Assembly: GCA_002269645.1 (NCBI GenBank)
Contig: NIVC01002148.1
Coordinates: 1-44,852, forward strand
Direction: 5' to 3'
DNA length: 44,852 nt
Source: Macrostomum lignano
Lineage: Eukaryota
Part shown: piece after piece, positions 1-12,136 of the stretch
How positions within the stretch are numbered: the first letter of the stretch is position 1
How the letters are laid out: every line of letters starts with the position of its first letter
Notes under the pieces: model-generated
What the model was told of the DNA's origin: nothing
The model's input: the letters and a program-made list of their open reading frames with translations, nothing else
The model's database searches: none
Made by a program: the position numbers and the translations under genes

Positions 1-1983
1 CGCGAAGAAGAAGTACTTCAACCGTCTAGTATCGGAAGGGCTTAGGGTAAATGATCAGAAATGTCAACGGAATTTGTCTCGAGTCCGGTTTTGTGGTCAT
101 ATTCTGGACAGCGGTCGCATTTATCCTGACGGAGAGAAAGTGCAGTGCGGGCGATCAAGTAATGGAAGCTCCGAAGAATCTTTCCGAGTTAGAATCCTTC
201 CTCGGACTGATTACGTTCTGCTCGCGATTCATTCCAAACCTTTCTGGAATATCGGCACCGTTGGTACATCTAAAGCGCAAAGGTGTGGAGTTTCGTTGGG
301 GCGCAAAAGAACAATGTGCGTTCAGAAACCTTCAGAAATCACTTTCAGAAGACGCTGCTTTGCATGCGTACGACCCAAAGCTACCGGTTGAGCTCGAAGT
401 AGACGCTTCGCAAATTGCCCTTGACTCAGGTGGTGTCCTGAGTCAACAAGGATGCCCTGTCTTGTACATCAGCAACTTTTGTTTGATAACTTTTGTCATC
501 ATCGAGCGAAATTATTCACAAATAGAGCGAGAAGCGCTTGCGATAATATGGGGTGTTAGAAGATGCCATCGTTTTCTCTGTGGCAGAAAATTTAAGCTAA
601 TAACTGACCATCGACCTCTCGTTTAGCCTGTGACAAAGAGCTACCATCGAGAGTGTCTGCAAGGCTGCAGAGATGGGCGATATTTCTCACGGCGTACGAT
701 TACGAGATCGAGTATCGTAAATCTAAAGCTATGGCATCTGACGCGCTCTCAATATTGGTTCCGCAGGGAAGAAGCGGTGAAACTCTAGAGATTGGTAACA
801 TTCACACGGTTTCAACTACACTGTCTCTGGAATATATTAGGTTAGCAACGAAGAGGTGTAACGAAATGCGCTTGCTGACGAGCGCTATAAAAACGGGAAG
901 CTTCAAACACCCTAGGCTGCATGCGACCTTTCAAGAATGTTCGATAAGAACTTTGCGTTCAGGACGATGTTATTCTTCGAGGCCACAGGATCGTTGTTCT
1001 AAAAACCTTACGCATGAAAGCAATTGTGGCGGTACACGAAGTTCATTTAGGAATGTCCCGCACCAAGTCCTTGGCTCGTGCGGAGTTTTGGTGGCCGGCC
1101 ATGGACAGCGATATCGAGCGGACAGTTGGTTTGTGCCAGATCTGTAGGACTGCAAAACCGCAGAATAGGAATTTTCGCTCCAGTTGGCCTGAGGCTGCGG
1201 GTCCTTGGGATAGAGTCCATATCGACTTTTTAGGACAGTCGACAACCACTATATGCTCGTTTTGGTAGATTCTTACAGCGGATATCCTGAAGTCCACATT
1301 ACCAAAGATATGACTTCCCGAACTGTCATTCAGTGTCTCAGGAGGACATTTTCTTAGCTTGGAATTCCAAGGACACTTGTTTCAGATAATGGACCAAGCT
1401 TTGTCAGCAAGGATTTTACGGAGTGGTTGGCAGGAATTGACTGTGAGCATCTAACTATTGCAGCTTATCACCCACAAAGTAATGGGACTGCAGAGTGTTT
1501 TGTTCGCACGCTAAAGGAAAGCATTAAGGCGAACGGCTTCAGTTAAGAGTCTGTTGACCGCTTCTTGCTGTTTTATCGCGCATCAGACAACAAAGCGGGA
1601 TCGTCACCAGCGGAACAGCTGCTGGGGCACAAGCTCAGGGTTCCGTTTACCAAGAGGCAAGTCGGACTGGAGGATCCAGTTATCTACAAAAATGAGAGAG
1701 ACAAGCCAATCACGGCAAAACTGCTCTTGCCTATCGAAGGAGCATGGCCATGATCAAGACGGATGAACCGAACTCAAAGTATCGAAAGGTTCATCTGGAT
1801 CAGCTACATCCGTACAGTCTAACTGGCGAGGAGCCCGCAGAAACCGACAGAATGCCACCTGAAGCTGGCGAGCACGCGGCAGGGAGAAAACAAGAAGAGG
1901 AGCCTCCAGAACAAGAGGGGCTGCGTACATCTCCAATCCCGGCGGGTCCCGAGGATACTATTGAACCCAGGAGAAGCATGTGA
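1..1983 (+). mobile_element. Decayed Ty3/Gypsy LTR retrotransposon pol (end of RT, RNase H, integrase); LTRs not found
   Basis: FLGLITFCSRFIPNLS and LEVDAS...YSQIEREALAIIWGV...TDHRPL (RT connection/RNase H, 51-626); ARLQRWAIFL.AYDYEIEYR; integrase H2C2 finger HEVHLG...FWWP...CQIC (1014-1150); core HIDF / VSDNG / YHPQSNGTAE. Broken by frameshifts and stops. Confidence 0.92.
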
Positions 1984-2158
1984 CTTTTGGAGAAACTCAA
2001 AGTTAACTATAAGTGCTAAAATTTGTTCCTCTCGCATTAACTTAAAAAATTATTCTTTGCCATTATCAAATAGACTAGTGAATGAAGACGCTGTCGTCTT
2101 CAAAGGTGGGACGATGGTTTATATATTGTGTTTTTATCCTTTTATGGCTATGACATAT

Positions 2159-4452
2159 GCCCCTGGCATTAGTTAGTCTAGTGGTCTAGTGGGGGCTGGC
2201 CGCCCCCACGCCCCTGGCATTAGTTAGTCTAGTGGTATAGTGGGGGCTGGCCGCCCCCACGCCCCTGGCATTAGTTAGTCTAGTGGTATAGTGGGGGGCT
2301 GGCCGCCCCCCACGCCCCTGGCATTAGTTAGTCTAGTGGTATAGTGGGGGGCTGGCCGCCCCCACGCCCCTGGCATTAGTTAGTCTAGTGGTATAGTGGG
2401 GGGCTGGCCGCCCCCACGCCCCTGGCATTAGTTAGTCTAGTGGTATAGTGGGGGCTGGCCGCCCCCCACGCCCCTGGCATTAGTTAGTCTAGTGGTATAG
2501 TGGGGGGCTGGCCGCCCCCACGCCCCTGGCATTAGTTAGTCTAGTGGTATAGTGGGGGCTGGCCGCCCCCACGCCCCTGGCATTAGTTAGTCTAGTGGTA
2601 TAGTGGGGGGCTGGCCGCCCCCCACGCCCCTGGCATTAGTTAGTCTAGTGGTATAGTGGGGGCTGGCCGCCCCCCACGCCCCTGGCATTAGTTAGTCTAG
2701 TGGTATAGTGGGGGCTGGCCGCCCCCACGCCCCTGGCATTAGTTAGTCTAGTGGTATAGTGGGGGGCTGGCCGCCCCCCACGCCCCTGGCATTAGTTAGT
2801 CTAGTGGTATAGTGGGGGCTGGCCGCCCCCACGCCCCTGGCATTAGTTAGTCTAGTGGTATAGTGGGGGGCTGGCCGCCCCCACGCCCCTGGCATTAGTT
2901 AGTCTAGTGGGTGTAGTGGGGGCTGGCCGCCCCCCACGCCCCTGGCATTAGTTAGTCTAGTGGTATAGTGGGGGCTGGCCGCCCCCCACGCCCCTGGCAT
3001 TAGTTAGTCTAGTGGTATAGTGGGGGGCTGGCCGCCCCCCACGCCCCTGGCATTAGTTAGTCTAGTGGTATAGTGGGGGGCTGGCCGCCCCCACGCCCCT
3101 GGCATTAGTTAGTCTAGTGGTATAGTGGGGGGCTGGCCGCCCCCCACGCCCCTGGCATTAGTTAGTCTAGTGGTATAGTGGGGGGCTGGCCGCCCCCACG
3201 CCCCTGGCATTAGTTAGTCTAGTGGTATAGTGGGGGGCTGGCCGCCCCCACGCCCTGGCATTAGTTAGTCTAGTGGTATAGTGGGGGCTGGCCGCCCCCC
3301 ACGCCCCTGGCATTAGTTAGTCTAGTGGTATAGTGGGGGGCTGGCCGCCCCCACGCCCCTGGCATTAGTTAGTCTAGTGGTATAGTGGGGGCTAGCCGCC
3401 CCCACGCCCCTGGCATTAGTTAGTCTAGTGGTATAGTGGGGGGCTAGCCGCCCCCACGCCCCTGGCATTAGTTAGTCTAGTGGTATAGTGGGGGGCTGCC
3501 GCCCCCCACGCCCCTGGCATTAGTTAGTCTAGTGGTATAGTGGGGGGCTGGCCGCCCCCACGCCCCTGGCATTAGTTAGTCTAGTGGTATAGTGGGGGGC
3601 TGGCCGCCCCCACGCCCCTGGCATTAGTTAGTCTAGTGGTATAGTGGGGGGCTGGCCGCCCCCCACGCCCCTGGCATTAGTTAGTCTAGTGGTATAGTGG
3701 GGGGCTGGCCGCCCCCACGCCCCTGGCATTAGTTAGTCTAGTGGTATAGTGGGGGCTGGCCGCCCCCACGCCCCTGGCATTAGTTAGTCTAGTGGTATAG
3801 TGGGGGGCTGGCCGCCCCCCACGCCCCTGGCATTAGTTAGTCTAGTGGTATAGTGGGGGGCTGGCCGCCCCCACGCCCCTGGCATTAGTTAGTCTAGTGG
3901 TATAGTGGGGGGCTGGCCGCCCCCCACGCCCCTGGCATTAGTTAGTCTAGTGGTATAGTGGGGGCTGGCCGCCCCCCACGCCCCTGGCATTAGTTAGTCT
4001 AGTGGTATAGTGGGGGGCTGGCCGCCCCCCACGCCCCTGGCATTAGTTAGTCTAGTGGTATAGTGGGGGGCTGGCCCCCCCACGCCCCTGGCATTAGTTA
4101 GTCTAGTGGTATAGTGGGGGCTGGCCGCCCCCCACGCCCCTGGCATTAGTTAGTCTAGTGGTATAGTGGGGGGCTGGCCGCCCCCACGCCCCTGGCATTA
4201 GTTAGTCTAGTGGTATAGTGGGGGGCTACGCCCCTGGCATTAGTTAGTCTAGTGGTATAGTGGGGGCTGGCCGCGCCCCCACGCCCCTGGCATTAGTTAG
4301 TTCTTGTGGTTTAGTAGGGGGCTAGCCGCCCCCACGCCCCTGGCATTAGTTTTTCTAGTGGTATAGTGGGGGCTGGCCGCCCCCACGCCCCTGGCATTAG
4401 TTAGTTAGTGGTATAGTGGTATAGTGGGGGCTAGCCGCCCCCCACGCCCCTG
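2159..4452. repeat. Tandem array of a 51-53-bp unit, about 43 copies, inside element A
   Basis: Unit GCCCCTGGCATTAGTTAGTCTAGTGGTATAGTGGGGG(G)CTGGCCGCCCCC(C)AC repeated head to tail; variation is mostly G/C homopolymer length. Confidence 0.97.
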
Positions 4453-4936
4453 CGCGTTGTTGTCTAGTGTTGTATAGTGGGGGGCTGCTGCCGCCCCCCA
4501 CGCCCCTGCGCATTAGTGTTTTGTAGTTTGGTATAGTGGGGGCTGCCGCCCCCACCCCCGCTCCCCCACCCCTCCCGCGCGTTGTTGTTGGGAGGGTGGT
4601 TGTTGTTGTGGGGTTTGCGTAACGTGGGGGCTGCCGCCCCCACACCCCCGCTCCCCACCCCACCCCTCCGCAACTTTTCCCACCTCTAACACATCTTTTT
4701 AGCATGCTAAAACTGCTTGTAAGCCTTTGGCGACCGCGCAACACATGATACTTGCCGATATGTATCGTAATATTTTTCTGCACTAACAAATCATCTGTGC
4801 CGCACTTTCAGCTTCACTCTTACTCTTTAATAAGGTATAGAAGGAAAGAAAATTAAACAATCAATATTAAATTATATTCAAGTGAAAGAGAATTGAAAAT
4901 ACTAATAAATCCGTTCCTGCTAAAAAAATTAAATAT

Positions 4937-5010
4937 AAAAAAACTTGGCCCACTTGGGATTCGAACCCGTGTTTAGGCCATTTACAAAGCAACTGCCTTC
5001 GGCCCCGATC
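4937..5010 (-). other. tRNA-derived Pol III-like cassette (B box plus T-run) in element A
   Basis: Minus strand GGGTTCGAATCCC (4956-4968) followed by a T-run (4937-4943); homologous to the 24809-24880 copy, which also has a canonical A box. No paired acceptor stem. Confidence 0.55.
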
Positions 5011-6479
5011 CATCTCTTGCTTAAGCGAAGCTCTACAGTGCACGCCGTTTATATCGAATATTCCCTATGGTAGCCACTTTTACGATTTTTGCTGCTTTTT
5101 CATACATTTCTGCTCGCTGCATCGCAGCGCCTTCATCTAAAAATGCGAGTCGCATGTCGTTACAGAGATAACATCAAGGCGCATTCATCTAATGCATTTT
5201 TAAAGTATGTCAACAAATTTTACGCCTCCTAGGCGCCAAATTGTGCATTTTCACCTGTTCTGACAGGTATTCAAACAGGTATTAAGACCTATTAACTTAA
5301 GAATCAGTTTTCAAAACTAATTTAGTTGCACAGTGCATCCATAGTGCTGTTTTTAGACACCAAAATTGAGTCTCTAGGCCTTGCCAATGCAGAGTTATTA
5401 GCAAAAGTATGCTCAAAATTTGCCCAAAAATAGCCTTCTCAAAATTCGGAGCCAATTTTCTCAAAAATACGAATTTTCCAGCCATATTGGCGTATGACCG
5501 GTGTAACTTTAGCTATTCGACTAAACAATATTGAAAATGCAGAAAAATCGGTGCGCAAAATTCTTATTTTTCGACTTCAAAGTTTGTACCCCAAATGGGC
5601 CGTTTTTCACTTAACAGGTAAAAAGTACCTGTTAACAGGGTTTTTTCAGGAGTGTCTTATGTCATTCAAAAGGGCATCCGATGGGCTACAATTTGACGCC
5701 TACACTCGAAAAATTCGCCCCATTTTAAAAAAATTTCCTTAACAACGTCTGATTTTCTGCAGTGCCCCCGGCCTCTTTTTTCCCTGGTTTCCGGGTCACT
5801 GCTCAGCACAGGTAGGTCCAAATGCTTAGAAAATTTAGGAAAACAAATTTCCATATGTTTGACACGTCGTGTTAAAGTCTCAACACGTAGCATAAAACAC
5901 TTTTTCAAGTTTGAGGACTACTTTTTTAAAACGTGACCCAATTTTTCGAAAATGTCGTTTTTAGGCACTCTTTGGCACCTGGGCAGGTTATTGATGGCCC
6001 AATCGGCCAAATCTCGATGTTTCCGATTAAAAGACATCATTTGAGTAATTTGGTGTAGAAATATTAAAAAATAAAGTTTTCCATCTCGACGCCATAGGCC
6101 TCACAAAAGTGCACTAAAAATTTGTACTTTTAAACAGCAGATAGGCAGCCATGTGAAAAGTACATTTTAGCCCTAAAAACTATAGCGCATCAAACAGCCC
6201 CAGGTGTTATTGACGCTATGAGGCAGCTCAAAGGCCGCGCTATCGCGCGTCCTTTTCGCTGCGGTGAGGCAAAGTTGAAAAAAATGCCGATTTTTCGACC
6301 TCAAAAAACACGTTTTTTGTACTTTTACCCTAAAAGTTAAAGTACAATCAAAAAATCCATTTCTGATCATTGTAGCGTTTGAATGCCCGCGTTTACTGAG
6401 CCCACTCGCTAAGCGCTGCCATATTCTCAATCCTTATTTTTTGAGATCAAAGTTTTTGACAAAGTCGAAAAAACGCAGT

Positions 6480-6520
6480 TTTTGGTTGCCATGGCAACCA
6501 AAACGCGTTGCCATAGCAAC
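6480..6520. promoter_or_regulatory. Tandem RFX X-box-like palindromes in element A
   Basis: GTTGCCATGGCAAC (6485-6498, inside a 24-bp perfect palindrome) and GTTGCCATAGCAAC (6507-6520). Motif match only. Confidence 0.5.
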
Positions 6521-6756
6521 CAACTATTGTGCATCCGATAGCGCTAGGTCTTTGACACATTTTGGCAAAAACTGTTTGTAAATCGGTCGTACCGTTTTTT
6601 ATTGGCAGCGTTTAAAAGTTGAAAAACGTCATTTTTAGTGTGTGCAACACGTTACATCTTATCAGGGACGATTTCGCAAAAGTAAGCAGTATAGAAAAAA
6701 ATTCTCGCTTCGCTCGCCTTTTTTTCTATACTACTTACTGGCTCATCGTCCCACAA

Positions 6757-6870
6757 CTAGTAAAATGAAGACGCTGTCGTCTTCAAAGGTGGGACGATGG
6801 TTTTAATGTTTGTAACTTTTACGGCTTTGACCTGTTTATTAAACCCAAATTAAGAACTTAATTAAGAAGC
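6757..6870 (-). mobile_element. Truncated end of a second head-to-tail copy of the Helitron-like element
   Basis: The hairpin TGAAGACG-CTGT-CGTCTTCA (6766-6785) and GTGGGACGATG (6789-6799) recur directly after the right end of copy A; the following sequence resembles 25085-25160. Confidence 0.7.
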
Positions 6871-7284
6871 AATAATTGAGTGTGCCACTCAGGCGCAGGG
6901 CCACCCTAGCAGTTAGAAAGAGCACAGCATATTTGGCTAATGATATTTGCGCAGCTAAGCTCAGTTTGGGCAGACACCAACCAACAGTTAACACATTTGT
7001 CATTCTGTCTGGACTCCGTCCGTGCTGTGCATCAAAATGCGAAGCGTTAATGTTCACCGCTACAATCAGAGTTGCCAAATAAGCGCAAGATACTTTGCTG
7101 CATGGAAGACAATTAAACCTTTGTAATTATATATTTAACGCTAACAACACATTCGATCAGTAAGATTTTATTTTCATACATTTACATTTATAAACACAAA
7201 GTTAAAATACAGTAACTGTTTGAACAATTTTAAAAATGCTTAACAAAAACAAACTAAAAATTTACGCGATTCAAACACGGGTTT

Positions 7285-7652
7285 TCCCCTCCTCTCTCTC
7301 CCCTCTCTCATCTTCTCTCTCCTCTCCTTTATCTCCTCTCTGCTCTGTCATCTCTCTACTTTCTACCCTCTCCTCTCTCCCTTATCCTCTCGCTTCTCTC
7401 TCCTCTCCCTCTTCTCATCTCTACTCATTTATCTATTCTCTCTCGTCTTTTCGGCTCTACTCCCTCCTGTCTCCTCTTTCACCTCTCTTACCCCCTCTCC
7501 TCTCTCCTCTCAATTCCCTCATCTCTTCTCTCGCCTTTATTCTCTTTTTTCTTTTCTCTAATCTATCCCTTTTAATTCTCTCTTTTCATGTTCTCTTTCA
7601 TCTAATATTTTATCTACTCTTTCCTTTTCTCTTTTCTCTATTCCCTTTCATT
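7285..7652. repeat. CT-rich low-complexity tract
   Basis: Almost pure pyrimidine, degenerate (CT)n/(CCT)n. Confidence 0.9.
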
Positions 7653-8181
7653 TAGCCATTAGTACACAAAACTACCCTCAGTCCAAATGCACTGTCATCC
7701 CTGCTTCTCCTGCTGCTCTTGTTGCGTTGTCTGCTGTTGCGGCTGCTCTTGTTGCTTTGTCTGCTGTTTTTTTTTTTCCAGCAGTTACGGGCAATGTGCC
7801 CTATTTTCTTACAGACGAAGCATCTCTCTACAATATAGAAATGATTGTAAGCGTTTTTGCTATTTATATACATACGTGTATGTATATACACATTTATACT
7901 AATTCAGACTTACTTTGCACTGAACCCTTCCCGCCTCCTCTTCCTCCACCATCTCCTCCTCCTCCGCCATCTCCTCCTCCGCCGCCATCTCCTCCTCCGC
8001 CTTGCCCGCCTCCGCCTCCGCTTCCGCCTCCGCTTCCGCCTCCGCCTCCGCCTCGTCCGCCTCCGCCTCCGCCTCGCCCGCCTCCGCCTCTGCCTCGCCC
8101 GCCTCCGCCTCGCCCGCCACCGCCTCGCCCGCCTTCGCCTCGCCCGCCTCCCTGTTCATTGAAATATAGTTTTACGATCAT
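7652..8181 (-). CDS. Spliced Gly/Arg-rich (RGG) + CCHC zinc-knuckle coding fragment; gene or gag-like remnant, ends uncertain
   Basis: Exon 8181-7914 (acceptor TTCTTTCAG right before ATG; RGG/poly-Gly), donor GTAAGT at 7913, 86-nt intron, acceptor TTGTAG at 7828. Phases join in frame to give SVQ-K-RCFVCKKIGHIARNC (CX2CX4HX4C). Confidence 0.5.
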
Positions 8182-8815
8182 CTGAAAGAAGAAAGTTGTG
8201 CAACTAATATTAGCTGTGTGACTGTCTGTCTGTAATGTGTCGTCTGTACATAGACTGCACTGCTCGTATAAATTCTCAATAGGCTAATCACGAACATTAC
8301 TTTGAGTTGGTATTTGACTACCTTATCAACTTTTATAAATTAAATGGAACGAATTCAAAATTTTATAAAATTCTATTAAAATGAAAATTGTATTTTTTAA
8401 GAAACGGAATAAAAAAGTACTCAAAAGGGAGAGTAGCAAAGCTTAGCTGCTAATATAAGTAGAATACACTTTGACAGGAGTGACAATATGGCAATTTAAT
8501 TACGTTAATTTATAAAACTGTTTAGGCTAATTTGTTAACCTTTGTTAATATTTGTAAAAAATCCTAATTATACTCCGTTTGCGCTAAGGCTATTGCGCTA
8601 CTGGAAAATATTAATGTTTTAACGCTACTCAACTAAAAACGTTTTACAACGAACTTGTGCTGTCTTACGAAGATAGTGTAATCCATAGACAGGCCAACTA
8701 ACAAACTGACAGTAAACAGTACATAGATAGTTAGACAGAAAACAGACATATGAACTTTGTCATATGGACAAAGAACTAAGGCCAAAAGACCTCATGACTG
8801 GGCCTAGTGAAGACT

Positions 8816-8819
<4 letters not shown>

Positions 8820-8910
<91 letters not shown>

Positions 8911-8946
8911 GGAGAGAGGAGAGAGAGAGAGGGAGAGAGGAGAGAG
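8820..8946. repeat. (GA)n microsatellite
   Basis: Direct reading. Confidence 0.97.
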
Positions 8947-9339
8947 GAAGGAGCCAAAGAGTTTTAGTGGCGAATGGAATTTAAATTTGCTTTGCTTTCT
9001 TGGATTTAAAGGACAAGGAGCCTGCCATGTCAGCCATCAGTTAAGCGTAGACTTTAACCTTTGGCATAGGGCTAATACGCATTTGGCCAAAATCATATCC
9101 AGATCAGGGAGGTGATATTTATTTTCCGATTGGTACTGAACCCTGAACAAAACAGATACAGGCAGTAGATATAAGAGAGAGAAGACTGAGGGGAGAAAGG
9201 AAAGAAGTAGAGAGTAGGGGTCACTGCATAAAGTTGTTGTCGAATGGAGCTTTAATTAACTCTTACTGCTTCTATAGATATTATAGATTAAATAGACGTA
9301 CATATGGTTCATAGATAGATACATAAATGGATAGATGGA

Positions 9340-9449
9340 CAGAAAAAGAGACAAACATACAATCTGACAGACAGATAAACAGATGAACAGAAAGATAGTT
9401 AAACGGCTGAACAGACAGAAAGACAGACAAACAGACAAACAGACAAACC

Positions 9450-9487
<38 letters not shown>

Positions 9488-9545
9488 GAGACAGAGAGAC
9501 AGACAGACTGTTGAAGAGATGAACATACGATCAGACAGACTTAGA
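9340..9545. repeat. Degenerate (GACA)n microsatellite
   Basis: Direct reading. Confidence 0.9.
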
Positions 9546-9753
9546 CAAACACTCTGGAAAAACATACAAGTGTGTACACTAAATGTGAAAAGTTGTCTAA
9601 TATAACAAGATGCTAACTGGTTAAGAAAATAGGGTATTATTAAACAGAGAGTGAGAGACTTTTACAGAAAAAATGCTAAGCATAACACTTAATAAATGCA
9701 CAATTTCATTTGCAGTTTGGACGTATCAATGGAATTTGAACAGTATTCAAGTA

Positions 9754-10473
9754 TCTGATTGTAGGGAAAGTTTTCGGAATTTTTAAAACATTTCAATACA
9801 ACTTTTTTCTTGAATTTTCTAGAACTTTTTCATGAGTATAAATACGGTATTACTTATTCCCAGTCCGAGTCCCATTCCCAGTCCACCATCAAGACCTCCA
9901 GGGTGTAGGATTGGTAGCTCGTACAAGCGCTACAAGAATGGACAACTGGGCCTTGAGGACACGTCTTGAAGTGAGCGTTCACCTGAACTCAATGATGACG
10001 ATGCCCTGGAAGTGCTCATCGCGTAGAACAATCAGCAGACAACAGGCGTTATGTTTTGAAATCTAAAAGCTAAACTCAAGTGCTGGGTGTCGCATAAACT
10101 GGCAACTCGTGACCTAGATATCTGGCCATTCTCAATGCTGCTGACGCTGGGTTGGGAAGTTCTTCTCCACCCATATTACAGCCCAGATCTTGTGCCTACC
10201 GACTACCACCTTTTGCCGCGCTCAGCCAGTCCATGGCTGCTCACAGCTTCAAAGATGAGGAGGACTTGGAGAAGCATCTGCGTGACTTATTCGACTCTCA
10301 CAACTCCGAGTGGTACCGCAAAAGCATCCATTCTCTGTATGGACGTTGGCAGGAGGTTATTGCCTCTGATGCAAATTACATTGAATACTAATAAATTAAT
10401 AAAAATAATAATAAGTTTGAATGAAGTGAATATTGTAGTAAATATTCCGAGAACTTTTACTACAATCATCAGA
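9754..10473 (+). mobile_element. Internally deleted mariner (Tc1/mariner) element
   Basis: Imperfect TIRs TCTGATTGTAGGGAAAGTTTTCGGAAT / ATTCCGAGAACTTTTACTACAATCATCAGA, both flanked by TA. Remnants of the HTH (KRYKNG..L.D...ERSP..NDDDAL), WVSHKL (WVPHEL motif), GWEVLLHPYYSPDL (YSPDL motif) and C-terminal L..RWQEVI..DANY. Confidence 0.88.
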
Positions 10474-10489
10474 TAAGCATCGTTGTTAG

Positions 10490-11495
10490 AAAAAGTTTTT
10501 CAACTTTAAGTCTCGCTGTAGCGATCGCATGCATGCCAGTCGTTGAGTACCCGTCGTTGAAAGTTTGACACCAGACCGCCCAGCAGGTGAATGAACAACT
10601 GGCACTGCGTACCACCTTGGTTGCTGTCGGTGAACATCTTGCATGTCAGGTACGCTGCAGTTGTAAATGACTTAGTCGCAACGCCCTGGCTCGTGTTACA
10701 TGTAAATGTCAAATTGGATTACAACTTTTATCAAAAAACAAATAGTGTGTCATATAGTCATGACAATGGTGAATAATACAAATGAAAGCTTACCTTAATT
10801 GCAGTGCTTTTCGTTTTTCTAAATTTCAGAAACAGTTTTTCAACTGTATGTCTCGCTGTAGCGATCGCATGCATGCCAGTCATTGAAAGTTTGACACCAG
10901 ACCGCCCAGCAGGTGAATGAACAACTGGCACTGCGTACCACCTTGGTTGCTGTCGGTGAACATCTTGCATGTCAGGTACGCTGCAGTTGTAAATGACTTA
11001 GTCGCAACGCCCTGGCTCGTGTTACATGTAAATGTCAAATTGGATTACAACTTTTATCAAAAAACAAATAGTGAGTCATATAGTCATGACAATGGTGAAT
11101 AATACAAATGAAAGCTTACCTGAATTGCAGTGCTTTTCGTTTTTCTAAATTTCAGAAACAGTTTTTCAACTGTATGTCTCGCTGTAGCGATCGCATGCAT
11201 GCCAGTCATTGAAAGTTTGACACCAGACCGCCCAGCAGGTGAATGAACAACTGGCACTGCGTACCACCTTGGTTGCTGTCGGTGAACATCTTGCACGTCA
11301 GGTACGCTGCAGTTGTAAATGACTTAGTCGCAACGCCCTGGCTCGTGTTACATGTAAATGTCAAATTGGTTTACAACTTTTTGTCATTTAAATAAAAAAA
11401 ACAAATAGAGGGTGTCATATAGTCATGACAATGGTGAATAATACAAATGAAAGCTTACCTGATTTGCAGTGCTTCTGGTCTTTCTAAATGTTTCG
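10490..11495. repeat. Tandem repeat, 326-bp period, about 3 copies
   Basis: Identical ORFs offset by 326 bp (10591/10917; 10758/11084); copy 1 carries a short extra insertion. Confidence 0.92.
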
Positions 11496-11877
11496 CAACT
11501 ACACGAATGGAGTACTGATGATATGGATGCGAAAGAAGCATTTCATGTACAAACAGTAGAAAGAAGTGGAAAAATAAATTGTCAAAAATGCTTGAAATGT
11601 AACAATTTTGAGCTGAGGAAAAAATCCATATACGGAACAACAAGAATACCGAATGCATAAAAACACATTTTAATGAATGAAATAACGCATACAATAAAAA
11701 TTATGGAATTATATTCATATACAGTATGTCAGTGAACCTAATCATCCCTTCACCCAATTTCAACCGGACCATATTTCATTCTAGATAGCTCGTATTGCCC
11801 CGTCTTTTCCCAATAAACCCACAGTTGCTTTAGAAGCAGCCAGAATCCGCAATTCCCAAATAATTATTTGGCCAAGA

Positions 11878-12136
11878 ACCCAAGATCCCCTCTAATCACC
11901 AAACGTATTCACGAAGCCAGGATCTCCTCTGATCAGCAGAGTATTTGAAAAGCCAAAATCCCTTCTAATCATCACAGTAATTGAGAAGCCACGTACATTC
12001 CCATCTAATCATCACAGTATTTGAGAGCCCATAATCTTTTTTAATCACCCAAAGTATTTGAGAGCCCAAGATCCCCTCTAATCACCCAAAGTATTTGAGA
12101 GCCCAAGATCCCGTCTAAACACCAAAGTATTTGAGA
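11878..12136. repeat. Degenerate 37-bp minisatellite, about 7 copies
   Basis: Unit GTATTTGAGAGCCCAAGATCCCCTCTAATCACCCAAA. Confidence 0.85.

Larger units (their letters stand above)
2075..6760 (-). mobile_element. Non-autonomous Helitron-like element (Helentron/HINE-type), copy A
   Basis: Left end: CTAG (2075-2078), 8-bp hairpin TGAAGACG-CTGT-CGTCTTCA (2083-2102), then GTGGGACGATG (2106-2116). Right end: inverted CATCGTCCCAC (6744-6754), then AACTAG. The body 4540-6760 recurs at about 27400-29612. No coding capacity; internal tandem array. Confidence 0.7.

Noticed and set aside
1968-2074. Polypurine tract and start of a 3' LTR for the Gypsy remnant
   Set aside because: AGGAGAAGC is simply the RRS codons at the integrase tail; no matching LTR copy is visible.
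2159-4452. Possible CRISPR array
   Set aside because: Units are contiguous with no unique spacers, there are no cas genes, and the context is eukaryotic.
7236-8185. Plus-strand Leu/Ser-rich and poly-Pro ORFs
   Set aside because: Translations of CT-rich and CCG/CCT low-complexity tracts; splice evidence favours the minus strand.
8760-9565. ER/SL/CLSV-repeat ORFs
   Set aside because: Microsatellite translations.
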